Shown here: positions 9,781-19,246 of the stretch, piece by piece
Numbering within the stretch: position 1 is the stretch's first letter
How the letters are laid out: each line of letters begins with the position of its first letter
DNA from: an uncultured Methanomassiliicoccales archaeon
GTDB lineage: Archaea > Thermoplasmatota > Thermoplasmata > Methanomassiliicoccales > UBA472
Length of the DNA stretch: 64,000 bases
Assembly (NCBI GenBank): GCA_963695345.1
Contig: OY968769.1
Span: 1,088,001 to 1,152,000 of the forward strand
Direction: 5' to 3'
Program-made: the position numbers and the translations under genes
The notes under the pieces: model-generated
The model's input: the letters and a program-made list of their open reading frames with translations, nothing else
What the model was told of the DNA's origin: nothing
Databases searched by the model: none

Positions 9781-11472
9781 CTATCGCCAGTCATCTTTCT
9801 GCCCGGCGCGGCTCCTGGTCAATCCCTTCGCGGATAGGTACTCATATGCCGAGATAGCGGCCACGGCACCCTGACCCACCGACACCGATATCTGTTTCTC
9901 CGCCACGTCCGTAACGTCGCCTGCCACGAACAGGCCAGGCGTTGGGGTCGACTGATCCTTATTGGCAATGACCTCTCCGATCTCGTTCATAGGCGCCAAC
10001 CCCCGCAACGGTGAGGAGTTCGGACTGAGGCCGACCTCAAGGAATACCCCGTCCACCAATAGGTCGAACCCCTCCCCTCCATCGATCGGGGCGATCCTTA
10101 TTCCCGAGAGCTTCTGCTCTCCAAGGAACGATTCCACCTTCATCGGCGTGTGGACCTTCACTATATCGGAGCCGAGCACTTGTTGGACCAGTAATTCGTC
10201 GGCGGTGAAGTTCGTCCTCCGGTGGACCAGATGGACCTCGCGGACGAACTTGAGCAGGTCTCGAGCGGATGAGAAGGCGGAATTACTGCCGCCTATCACC
10301 GCCACCCGTTTGTCCTGGTAGAGGGGCGCATCGCAGTTGGCACAGAAGCCGATCCCCTTGCCTATGAAACGCTCCTCGTTCGGGACCCCCAGTTTCCGGT
10401 ACTCCTTTCCGGCACAGTAGATGACGGCATTGCCAGCGAACCTCCTTCCATCTACGGTCGTTATCGCGAAGAAATCGCTTTCCTTGCGGACGTCTATGAC
10501 CGCGCTCCCGATCGCCTCGGAGACCGGGTACCTTTCAAAGTGCTCACGGAACATTTCGGACAGATCACCTCCGCTGATGGAGGGAAAGCCGAGGTAGTTG
10601 TCCACGCTGCCGGTGTATGTCATCTGCCCGCCGACACTGGATGCGATGATGGCCACATCCAATCCCTTTCTGGCCGCATAGAGAGCCGCGGACATGGCGG
10701 CTGGACCGGCACCGATGACAAGGACCTCATACCGGTGGCTTTGATCGGCTTTCTTGGCCTTCCTGACGCCTTCGGATTCCCGGATCATGTCCTCTATCTG
10801 ACGATATGCTTCCGGGTCCACCGCCTTGAGGACCTCCAGAAACAGGTTGGCTGGAGGGACCGCACCATCAAAGGAGTGCGTCTCATTGATCACGGTCTTG
10901 GGCACTCCATACACCTCATAGCGCTGGACCACCTGGGGATATTCCGATGACTCGACCATGTCGGCGGTGATCCGGTCGTTGACGAAGGCGAACTGGTGAG
11001 CTACGTGCACCATCTTGGGGCAGTAGGGACAGGTCAATGTGACGATCACCTGGATGTGCACATCCTTGTCGATGGCTTTGACCATCCCCTCCATTTCCGA
11101 AGGCAATCCGGAATGGCCGGTCGAAGCCATCATGAGGGCCGAAAGGAAGGATGGGAATTCGTAGCCGAGGGGGACGCCGTAGAACCTAATGCCGTTCTCC
11201 TTCTCTCCTATCAACAGGGTGGCGGGTACCTTACTGACCCTGTACCGGGCTGCCATTTCCTGGTCCTCGTCGATATCTCGGCTCTCGAGGGTGATCTTAT
11301 CCGATAGGGCCGCTACGTCCTGCAGCAATTGGGTCTGGGTCGCACAGCTGGGACATCCTTCCTTCTGCGTGAAAAGCAATAATCGGACCGGCATTACCAT
11401 ACCCTGGAGGACCTTGGAGAGTTCCGCCCTGCTCTTGTCATCGATAATACTGGTCTCCCCGGCCTCGGTCAT
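9781..11472 (-). CDS. Protein-disulfide oxidoreductase (PDO) / thioredoxin reductase fusion (AhpF-like architecture)
   Basis: N-terminal double Trx fold (CPSC, CPYC). C-terminal TrxR with GAGPAA, CANCD, GGSNSA, GLFVAGD. Confidence 0.9.
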   Translation of the reverse strand: MTEAGETSIIDDKSRAELSKVLQGMVMPVRLLLFTQKEGCPSCATQTQLLQDVAALSDKITLESRDIDEDQEMAARYRVSKVPATLLIGEKENGIRFYGVPLGYEFPSFLSALMMASTGHSGLPSEMEGMVKAIDKDVHIQVIVTLTCPYCPKMVHVAHQFAFVNDRITADMVESSEYPQVVQRYEVYGVPKTVINETHSFDGAVPPANLFLEVLKAVDPEAYRQIEDMIRESEGVRKAKKADQSHRYEVLVIGAGPAAMSAALYAARKGLDVAIIASSVGGQMTYTGSVDNYLGFPSISGGDLSEMFREHFERYPVSEAIGSAVIDVRKESDFFAITTVDGRRFAGNAVIYCAGKEYRKLGVPNEERFIGKGIGFCANCDAPLYQDKRVAVIGGSNSAFSSARDLLKFVREVHLVHRRTNFTADELLVQQVLGSDIVKVHTPMKVESFLGEQKLSGIRIAPIDGGEGFDLLVDGVFLEVGLSPNSSPLRGLAPMNEIGEVIANKDQSTPTPGLFVAGDVTDVAEKQISVSVGQGAVAAISAYEYLSAKGLTRSRAGQKDDWR

Positions 11473-11806
11473 ATATCGGTCGCCCTCTCAGAACAATTGT
11501 GGGGACTTAGGCCAAATACCTTACTGAGTCGAACTATTGAGGCGATATCTCGAGCCCCGATGCATGATCATTGGGAGGAGCGATGTTGTCAGGCGGCCGA
11601 ATGGAAATGTGATCGCGGGATATCACCGATGTGGCATGGACATGAATCCGATAGGCGGCTGCCCAGGATGCCGATAATTGGCTATGGCACCCTCCCAAGA
11701 TAATATCAGTCAAGACCATAACAGGAAGGGCGCCCGAGCCATCTCCTGTTGAATCATTGACAGGATTCGCAGCTCGCCTTGAATGATTTTAATCTCAGAA
11801 GAGCAT

Positions 11807-12319
11807 GTGGCAGCGGAGACATCGACCGTGTTCAACAACGACCGTGAAGACCTGGGTAAAAAGGTCAAGGACTGGCTGGTCGAGGCCGGGATATACCGGG
11901 ACAAGGTCCCGGACGACAAGGCAAATTGGCACTATGTTGTGGAGATAGGCCCATCGGCCGTTCTGGACGTTGCCCAACAGAAAGGAAAGGAGGACATGGT
12001 CATCATCGCCTCCGGGATCACGCTCAGCCAGGTACATCACGAATCACTGCGGGCCATGGCCCGATCGAAGCGGGAGGAATTGCTCTGGGACATGCGGTTC
12101 CAACTACTCTTCCAGCCATGTGACTTCGTCATGTTACCGAGCGAGACCGACCTGCAGACCTTTCAGTTCACCCGCGGATTGTTCCAAGATGGCCTGACCA
12201 AACAGGGACTCATGGATGCCCTGGCGATGATCCATCGGTGCAAACTGTTCGTGAACTGGAAAATGATCCAGACATTCGGGGAGAGCCCCAAGCCTCTGGA
12301 CCGTGGAATCTACCAATGA
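11807..12319 (+). CDS. DUF2299-like archaeal protein
   Basis: Pattern KVKDWL.E.G...DKVPD..ANWHY...DGLTKQ.LM resembles archaeal DUF2299. Probable GTG start at 11807. Confidence 0.6.
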   Translation: MAAETSTVFNNDREDLGKKVKDWLVEAGIYRDKVPDDKANWHYVVEIGPSAVLDVAQQKGKEDMVIIASGITLSQVHHESLRAMARSKREELLWDMRFQLLFQPCDFVMLPSETDLQTFQFTRGLFQDGLTKQGLMDALAMIHRCKLFVNWKMIQTFGESPKPLDRGIYQ

Positions 12320-12366
12320 TGCCCTGACCCGATCGGGTCCTCATTTGGCAGGGCAAACTCCTTTTC

Positions 12367-12492
12367 TCATTCTTCGAACTGACGGGTCATTGAGCCCTTG
12401 ACCGTTTCATGCTTCGCCAACGCTGCCTCGAAGAGCCGATCGAATATCGGGAGGCCTCCCATGTTGCCGTATCCAACGAAACCGACCTTCAT
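12367..12492 (-). pseudogene. 41-codon remnant of a pyrroline-5-carboxylate reductase-like gene (N- and C-termini fused)
   Basis: MKVGFVGYGNMGG Rossmann start joined directly to a helical tail. The ATG overlaps the sfsA stop (ATGA). Confidence 0.55.
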
Positions 12493-13247
12493 TGTTCCAC
12501 CACGCCAAATAGGTCCAATTTGAAGCAGGAGATGAGCTCGACACCGGTCGGATCCATTCTGAAGTTGATCTGCCAATTCTCCACCCCCTTCTGCGTGGCC
12601 CTCTTGACCGCCTCCTTCATCTCCTCCGCCATCCTTCCGTTGGCCTGAGGCACCCGGAACGGTGGAGAGTCAAAAAGATGACAGAGCAGGACAATGCCCC
12701 GCTTGCCCTCCGTTATATGGTCGGATATCTCGGTGAAGTGGCGCATGGTGCGCTCGAACGATGTGAAACCCTCAGTGGAGGAATGCTCCGGATATCCTTT
12801 GACCGTAAGCATGTGCAGCGGCGTCTTGACCTCCAGTAGCATGTCCTCGTTGATCAGGAAATCGATGCGCGATCCGCCCACTTTAACCTCCCTCCTGACT
12901 GTCCTGGCATCGCCCACCATTCCCCTCAGCGACCCGGCGCTGATGAAGAAACCCAGAATGTCATTGGCCTTGCCCTGGTCGATCCCGATCCATGATTTCT
13001 TGACCTTGGACGGTGGATCCAGGGAGATCGCCTCGACCGTGCCCCAGGTGGAGCGTTTTGGGTCATGGCTCTTCCCTACCAAGCAGGGAATATCCTTGAA
13101 AACGATGTCACCGACCCGCCCGGTAGTGGGACAGTGGCATCGGCGCGCCTCTCCGCCCACCTGCACGTTCATAATGAACCGGTTGGGCCTGGATGTTATC
13201 AGCCCTTCGACAAGGGCCTCACCGAACTCGTATCGTTCCTTGCTCAT
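12489..13247 (-). CDS. sfsA: DNA/RNA nuclease SfsA family
   Basis: RPNRF, HCPTTGR, REVKVG.SRIDFL and EVK (PD-(D/E)XK) motifs. Confidence 0.85.
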   Translation of the reverse strand: MSKERYEFGEALVEGLITSRPNRFIMNVQVGGEARRCHCPTTGRVGDIVFKDIPCLVGKSHDPKRSTWGTVEAISLDPPSKVKKSWIGIDQGKANDILGFFISAGSLRGMVGDARTVRREVKVGGSRIDFLINEDMLLEVKTPLHMLTVKGYPEHSSTEGFTSFERTMRHFTEISDHITEGKRGIVLLCHLFDSPPFRVPQANGRMAEEMKEAVKRATQKGVENWQINFRMDPTGVELISCFKLDLFGVVEQ

Positions 13248-13310
13248 CGGAGGGGAAGAGGCATGTGGACCATATCAAACCGACCGGAGCAACAATGAGT
13301 TATAGTCTGA

Positions 13311-13745
13311 GTGGCAATGGAACGGGACGTGTCGAAAAAGACCAGGACGATCGTGCAGAAGGTCATCATTCCGGGTACTCCCGAGGAGGTCTTCGAGGCT
13401 TTCATTGACCCGGTGAAGCACTCCGAGTTCACCCATACCGAGACCACCGGAAGTCAGGAGGTCGGCGGGGAGATATCGGCAAGCGACGGGTACATAACCG
13501 CCAGGAACCTCGAGCTCCAGAAGGGCAAGAAGATCGTTCAGGAATGGTCCACCTCGGAATGGCCGGAGGGATATCCACCCTCCCTGCTGCAGCTGGACCT
13601 GAAGAAGGTGGAGGGCGGCACCGAGCTGACCATGACCCACTCAAAGGTCCCTGAGGAGCAGGCCGATGATTATGCCCAGGGATGGACGGACTACTACTGG
13701 AATCCGTTGATCGAGTATTTCGGGAGGTCCAGCAAAGAGGATTGA
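13311..13745 (+). CDS. SRPBCC / AHSA1-like domain protein
   Basis: PEEVF.AF.DP, KIVQEW...W, T.LT.TH, GW..YYW.PL. Confidence 0.85.
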   Translation: MAMERDVSKKTRTIVQKVIIPGTPEEVFEAFIDPVKHSEFTHTETTGSQEVGGEISASDGYITARNLELQKGKKIVQEWSTSEWPEGYPPSLLQLDLKKVEGGTELTMTHSKVPEEQADDYAQGWTDYYWNPLIEYFGRSSKED

Positions 13746-13761
13746 ACACCGGTTCGGACCT

Positions 13762-14343
13762 TCACTTTCTTACCGTGAATGTCTTGCCGACATTGAATGC
13801 CTCAGCCACTACCGGACCTATCGAAAGGTATGGACCGCCGGGGAAGGAATACAGCAGCGGCTTGAGGTCACTGACATCCACTTGACCTTCATGGACTACC
13901 GCCTTATCTATCTGGACCTGGACCACCTCTCCGATAACCAGATCCGTGCCGGCGAACTCGATTATCTTTACCAGCCTGCATTCCGCGTTGACCGGGCATT
14001 CGTCGGCAAAGGGGGCGGTCTTCAATGTTCCATAGCTCACGTTGAAGACCTTCGATTTATCCTGCGAATGACCGGAATTAATTCCGCAGAAATCGACCGC
14101 CGCCGCGCTGGACTCGCTGGGGATGTTGACGCTGAAGGTGGAGTTCTCCTTGATCCCGTCCATGGTGGCCCGGTCCTTGCCGAGCACGACTGCGATCATG
14201 GGAGGTTCGTCATCGAGTATGGTGAACCATGCGACAGCACAGAAGTTTGCCTTGCCCTTGACCATGGCCCCGACCAGGCATACCGGCATGGCCATCGGAG
14301 GGGCTTTGCTCCCGATCTGGATCTTTTCCATTGATATCGGCAA
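13762..14343 (-). CDS. Flavin reductase family protein
   Basis: PMPV.LVG...GKANF, FSVNIP, DFCGI.SG, ECPVN.EC. Confidence 0.85.
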   Translation of the reverse strand: MPISMEKIQIGSKAPPMAMPVCLVGAMVKGKANFCAVAWFTILDDEPPMIAVVLGKDRATMDGIKENSTFSVNIPSESSAAAVDFCGINSGHSQDKSKVFNVSYGTLKTAPFADECPVNAECRLVKIIEFAGTDLVIGEVVQVQIDKAVVHEGQVDVSDLKPLLYSFPGGPYLSIGPVVAEAFNVGKTFTVRK

Positions 14344-14448
14344 CGATATGGAATACAGGCAAATTATTCCTTGCCCCCGGACCTGCGAATCAGATTGGTT
14401 TATTACCCATCCGTTCGAATAGAACAGCGAGGGAGAATCTTGACTGAG

Positions 14449-15327
14449 ATGCGCAGGGTCGTCAGGTCATCGAGAGGAAACCCAACTTCAGAAGGCGCTG
14501 GAGTTAGGCTGAAACGGGCATTCGGACCGGAGGATGTGAACCTTCTGGACCCATTCCTTCTCCTTGATCATTTTGGCTCGGAGAGTCCGGAGGATTACGA
14601 GGCCGGTTTCCCTATGCACCCCCACCGGGGCATCGAGACCATCACCTACATGATCAAGGGCAGCATGGAACACCGCGACAGCACGGGGAGGACCGGGGTG
14701 ATCAACGATGGAGATATCCAGTGGATGACGGCAGGTAGCGGCATCATGCACCAGGAGATGCCGCAGGCTTCACCGAACGGCATGGACGGGTTCCAGCTCT
14801 GGGTGAACCTGCCCAAGGCGCGGAAGATGATGGCCCCCCGCTATCGCGACATAAGAAAGGAGAACATACCTGAGGTGGAGATCAACCATCTTGTCAAGGT
14901 GAAGGTCGTCGCCGGAAGCGTCAAAGGAGTGGCCGGTCCGGTGAAGGACCTGATCGTGCCGATCGAGTACTTGGTCGTCCAACTGTCCCCGAACGGTTCC
15001 ATGGAACGGGAGATCGACAGCGGTCACAACGCCTTCGCCTACATATTCGATGGGAGCGCCAGGTTCGAGAAGGACGGTCCTCTCGTGGACCAGGAACATT
15101 TGGCCATCTTCGGAAAGGGAAACGGAGTGATGGTTGAGGCAGGTCAGAAAGGCGCCGCGCTTCTGCTGATATCGGGCAAGCCGATTAACGAACCCATCGC
15201 CTGGGGCGGGCCGGTGGTCATGAACACAGAGGAAGAACTGGAGACTGCGTTCCAGGAGATCCGCAATGGGACATTCATCAAATCCGCCGAGAAGGTCCTC
15301 GGAGCCATGCCCCATCAGGTGAATTGA
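14449..15327 (+). CDS. Pirin family protein
   Basis: DPFLLLDHF, HPHRGIETITY, WMTAGSGIMHQE, QLWVNLP, GPVVMN. Start may instead be TTG 14440. Confidence 0.93.
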   Translation: MRRVVRSSRGNPTSEGAGVRLKRAFGPEDVNLLDPFLLLDHFGSESPEDYEAGFPMHPHRGIETITYMIKGSMEHRDSTGRTGVINDGDIQWMTAGSGIMHQEMPQASPNGMDGFQLWVNLPKARKMMAPRYRDIRKENIPEVEINHLVKVKVVAGSVKGVAGPVKDLIVPIEYLVVQLSPNGSMEREIDSGHNAFAYIFDGSARFEKDGPLVDQEHLAIFGKGNGVMVEAGQKGAALLLISGKPINEPIAWGGPVVMNTEEELETAFQEIRNGTFIKSAEKVLGAMPHQVN

Positions 15328-16131
15328 ATGGGCTCTGACGGCCGGGACAGGATGCCGGCGGTTTTCATCGGGCACGGTTCGCCGATGAACGCGATCGAGG
15401 ATAACGATTACACGAGAAGCCTCAATCGGCTCGCCCGGGAGATTCCGAGGCCCCAGGCAGTCCTGGTGGTCTCGGCCCACTGGCTGACCAAGGGCACCTG
15501 CGTCAGCTGCCTCCAGCGACAGGAGACCATCCATGACTTCTATGGTTTCCCGAAGGGACTATACCAGATCGAGTATCCGGCGCCGGGCGCACCGGCGCAT
15601 GCCAAGATCCTCTCGGAGATTTCGTCGGGGCAGGTCAGATGTGACCTCTCATGGGGACTGGACCACGCCTCCTGGGCTGTGCTGAAGCATATCTATCCGA
15701 AGGCTGACATTCCGGTCTTCGAGCTCAGCCTGGACTATTTTCCGGGAACCTTTGATGAAAAGCCGGTGAGGCACCACTACGATTTGGCGAAGGGGCTGGC
15801 GAGGATCAGGGATGAGGGTGTCCTGGTGCTCGGGTCGGGGAACGCCGTGCACAACCTGAGAATGATCGATTTCCATAACGCGGACGCAGTTCCTTACGAA
15901 TGGGCTAAGGATTTCGACGAGGAGTTGAGGAAATGCCTGGTCTCGGGAGATGATGATGCATTGATCGATTTCCGAACCCTGCCGGGAGGAGACCTGGCCG
16001 TCCCGACATTGGACCATTACCTCCCGATGATATACACCCTTGGCATGAGGCAGAGTGGTGAATCGCTGGAGTTCATTCATGAGGGATTCCAGAACAAATC
16101 CATCTCGATGAGGTCCTTCATGATCCGCTGA
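15328..16131 (+). CDS. ygiD: 4,5-DOPA extradiol dioxygenase (LigB family)
   Basis: FIGHGSPMNAI, SAHW, GLDHASW, GSGN.VHNL, PT.DHYLP. Abuts the pirin stop. Confidence 0.88.
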   Translation: MGSDGRDRMPAVFIGHGSPMNAIEDNDYTRSLNRLAREIPRPQAVLVVSAHWLTKGTCVSCLQRQETIHDFYGFPKGLYQIEYPAPGAPAHAKILSEISSGQVRCDLSWGLDHASWAVLKHIYPKADIPVFELSLDYFPGTFDEKPVRHHYDLAKGLARIRDEGVLVLGSGNAVHNLRMIDFHNADAVPYEWAKDFDEELRKCLVSGDDDALIDFRTLPGGDLAVPTLDHYLPMIYTLGMRQSGESLEFIHEGFQNKSISMRSFMIR

Positions 16132-16253
16132 CGAGGGGGCTAAGAATACTCTTCGGGTTCAAGCCCTGCGACCCCCGATCATGAACAACTAATTATTACC
16201 TGGCGCTCCGCTCAATACGACTATCCCGATTTGGGCGCATGCGAGGTTAGACA

Positions 16254-16808
16254 ATGGAATCATTCACGGTCATCGATGTGAATTGGAAAGGGCAGGTGCT
16301 GCGCGGGGTGTTGGCCATCATCATAGGATTGCTCATGGCGTCACTGCCAGGCCTTACACTGTTAGCGGTCACACTGCTGATAGGGGTCTTCGTCCTGATG
16401 CTGGGAGTGATGGCGATCGTCCTGTTCCTGTCCCTCGAGGAAAAGGGGCGGGGGACGCCCCTCCTCCTGGAAGGAATCCTCGGAATAACCTTCGGGGGGG
16501 TGACGTTTATCTGGCCGAACATCACCACGCTCTTGCTGATACTGCTGCTGGGAGTGTGGTGCCTCATCGAAGGTTTGGTCCAGCTGTCCGCCGGGTTGAC
16601 CATGGCCAGAAATGCCGCCGTGAGGGCGATTGTCATGGTCTCCGGTGCGCTGAGCGTAATGATCGGGCTTATCTTCATCGCAGCCCCGGGAGAAGGGGCG
16701 TTGGCCTTGATATGGCTGATCGGACTGTTCGCCATCGCCTTCGGTGTGTTAGGCGTTATCTATGGCCTGATGGTCCGTTCGATGTACCGGGCGGAGGGGA
16801 TGAGCTAG
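16254..16808 (+). CDS. HdeD / DUF308 membrane protein
   Basis: Six hydrophobic helices with repeated G(V/I)L.I..G...WP pattern. Confidence 0.8.
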   Translation: MESFTVIDVNWKGQVLRGVLAIIIGLLMASLPGLTLLAVTLLIGVFVLMLGVMAIVLFLSLEEKGRGTPLLLEGILGITFGGVTFIWPNITTLLLILLLGVWCLIEGLVQLSAGLTMARNAAVRAIVMVSGALSVMIGLIFIAAPGEGALALIWLIGLFAIAFGVLGVIYGLMVRSMYRAEGMS

Positions 16809-16837
16809 AACGGAATGACCGATGGAATGGGGACGGA

Positions 16838-17311
16838 TCATATCTCCCGGGTCATCATGTGATCGTATATCCGGAATCCGTGCTTCTGGTAGAAGTCGAT
16901 GCTCGGGCGGTTCATGGCCGATGTCCTCAGTTCGACCCGTTTGACTTCCTTCTCTCGGAACCATTCCAGCGCCGATTCGACGAGGGCGCTGCCAGCCCCC
17001 GCACCCCTCTGTCCCTCCCTAACAGCGAGGTCGGATAGGATACCGACGACCCTCTCCGTGAATACCGGCGGACGATGATGCACATAGCTCAGGCAATATC
17101 CGAGCATACTGTCGCCTTCCATTGCCACCAGTACTAGCGATTCTTCCTGGCCCATCCGTTCGAGGATATACTCGCCGAACTGGAGATGCCCGTCCGCGAC
17201 CGTGCCGTAAAATGGGTCGATCCTCTGGTGGTATTCCATGAACTGCTTCCAGACCTCCATTATCTGGACCAGGTGGGTCCGGTCTGCCCGGACGATCGTC
17301 GCCGTTGACAT
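16838..17311 (-). CDS. GNAT N-acetyltransferase
   Basis: LAV....RG.GAG.AL acetyl-CoA motif; N..S..FY.K.GF. Confidence 0.88.
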   Translation of the reverse strand: MSTATIVRADRTHLVQIMEVWKQFMEYHQRIDPFYGTVADGHLQFGEYILERMGQEESLVLVAMEGDSMLGYCLSYVHHRPPVFTERVVGILSDLAVREGQRGAGAGSALVESALEWFREKEVKRVELRTSAMNRPSIDFYQKHGFRIYDHMMTREI

Positions 17312-17455
17312 TTCGTGCCGCTAATCGATAGGGGATGATATAATGTTGAGGCCTAGGTCCGGGTAATGAGCATGTCGGGAACGCCGCCAATCCTTGGATC
17401 GACCTAGGATAACCGCTTGCCAATTATTATCAATTGGCCAGCGCATGGAATATAC

Positions 17456-18031
17456 ATGGTGCATTGGAGGAGCGCCGGCCTGCTCATGCTCTTGGGGGCA
17501 CTGGAACTTTTGTTCCTGGAGCACCTGGCCGAGATCCTATACCCGGGCTACAGCGTCTCACAGAACTTCATTAGCGACCTCGGGGTCGGACCGGAGCCGA
17601 GCCGGACGATATTCACCGTCGGATTGCTCGTCTTTGGTGTGCTGATAATGACCTCGGTGTATATCCGGGGCGGTCCCGCATGGGAAGTCCCGATACTCAT
17701 CGCATTGGCCGGCGCAGGAACCATAGGTGTGGCGATCTTCAACGAGAATTGGGGGGATATCCACCTCATCTTCGCCGCCATCGCCTTCGGCATGGGTTGC
17801 CTGGCGGCGTTGGTCTCTTCCATAACCATAAAAGGACCGCTCTCGATCGTTTTCGCATCCCTGGGCATCGTCGGGCTGGCGGCGCTGATATTGCAAGGAA
17901 CGAAGAACTTCATGGGCTTGGGGGTGGGAGGGATGGAGAGGATGATCTACTATCCCTCGATGTTCTGGATATTGGCATACGGTGTCTACTTGATGTCGAT
18001 CGAAAGATGCACTAAAGATGCTTCAAACTGA
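17456..18031 (+). CDS. DUF998 membrane protein (copy 1)
   Basis: AE..YPGYS...N.ISDLG and GGMERM..YP motifs. Probable start ATG 17456. Confidence 0.8.
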   Translation: MVHWRSAGLLMLLGALELLFLEHLAEILYPGYSVSQNFISDLGVGPEPSRTIFTVGLLVFGVLIMTSVYIRGGPAWEVPILIALAGAGTIGVAIFNENWGDIHLIFAAIAFGMGCLAALVSSITIKGPLSIVFASLGIVGLAALILQGTKNFMGLGVGGMERMIYYPSMFWILAYGVYLMSIERCTKDASN

Positions 18032-18245
18032 TTCGGCAAGAGGCTTGAAGCCTTCCAGCCACACTTTCCTGACCAGTCCTCCGCCGATGCGGATATCATA
18101 CCAACACAGAGGACCTGGAACCCATGGATACCGATTCTTGCCCGGGAAATCACCATGATCTGCCGCACATGATCGATGAGGGATGGTCTCTAAAAGCCCG
18201 TGCAGGGCAATCTCATTATAGCAGTGCCATCAATCTTAACCAGCG

Positions 18246-18824
18246 ATGTTCAATTGGAAGAAGCCTGGCCTGTTCCTAATGATGGGTGGTTTGGAAGCCT
18301 TGTTCCTGGTTCATCTGGCGGAGATAACCTACCCGAACTACAGCGTCTCCGGTAACGTACTGAGCGATCTGGGGGTTGGGCCGGACCCGGCAAGGACGCT
18401 GTTCACCATCGCGGTGATCGCGCTTGGGGCACTGGCACTGGCGGCCGCCTGGGCCATGCTGCAGGAAAAGCCGCGCTCCCTCTTGCCCGCACTGACCATT
18501 GTCTCCGCCATAGGGGCCATTGGAGTCGGGGTATTCAATGAACATTCTGGACCGATCCATTACATATCTGCCGGCATGGCTTTTGGCTTCGGCAACCTGG
18601 CAGCGGTTTACACATACCGATCCACAAAGGCACCGGTATCCTACATCTGCCTCCTCCTGGGGATCATCGGGCTGGCTGCGTTGCTTATAATCCCTACAGG
18701 CCAAACACTTGGCCTGGGCAAGGGCGGGATAGAGCGCATGACTTTCTACCCCGTGGCATTCTGGACCACGGCGTTCGGCGCTTACATGACCGCCAAAGGC
18801 GACTGGTCCTCCTGCAAGGGATAG
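18246..18824 (+). CDS. DUF998 membrane protein (copy 2)
   Basis: Paralog of the preceding gene: LAEITYPNYSVS.N.LSDLGVGP, GGIERM..YP. Confidence 0.8.
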   Translation: MFNWKKPGLFLMMGGLEALFLVHLAEITYPNYSVSGNVLSDLGVGPDPARTLFTIAVIALGALALAAAWAMLQEKPRSLLPALTIVSAIGAIGVGVFNEHSGPIHYISAGMAFGFGNLAAVYTYRSTKAPVSYICLLLGIIGLAALLIIPTGQTLGLGKGGIERMTFYPVAFWTTAFGAYMTAKGDWSSCKG

Positions 18825-19246
18825 TGAAACAATCCTGCAATGGCAACATGACTGGCGGTCCGATCCCACCCCCGCATGGAAGGCCTGCGAGAACGGGATT
18901 GATACGTTCGAAGAGATCGCTTCGATATCGCGAATTGCCCGAACCAAACCAGATGTTAGATCAAGGATCCCGGGCTAGGCATCGGATGTTGGCTACTCCA
19001 AGAGCGCCCTATGTCGATCTTGATGACCGTCTGATATCCATGTGTGGAAAGGCGTTCAACATCTTCTCATACTAAGGGAAAATGGTATCTACCCAAATGA
19101 CAATTCCAGAATTGGTCTTGTACCAGGAGGTTCCCGGAATGATGTCAGCCACTTCTATTTCAGCCGCACCGGGGACCGCGTGATCGTTTCGTTCCCGATC
19201 GGGCTATTCTGCCAGCTTTTGAACGCAACAGTAAGATTCACAGAAA

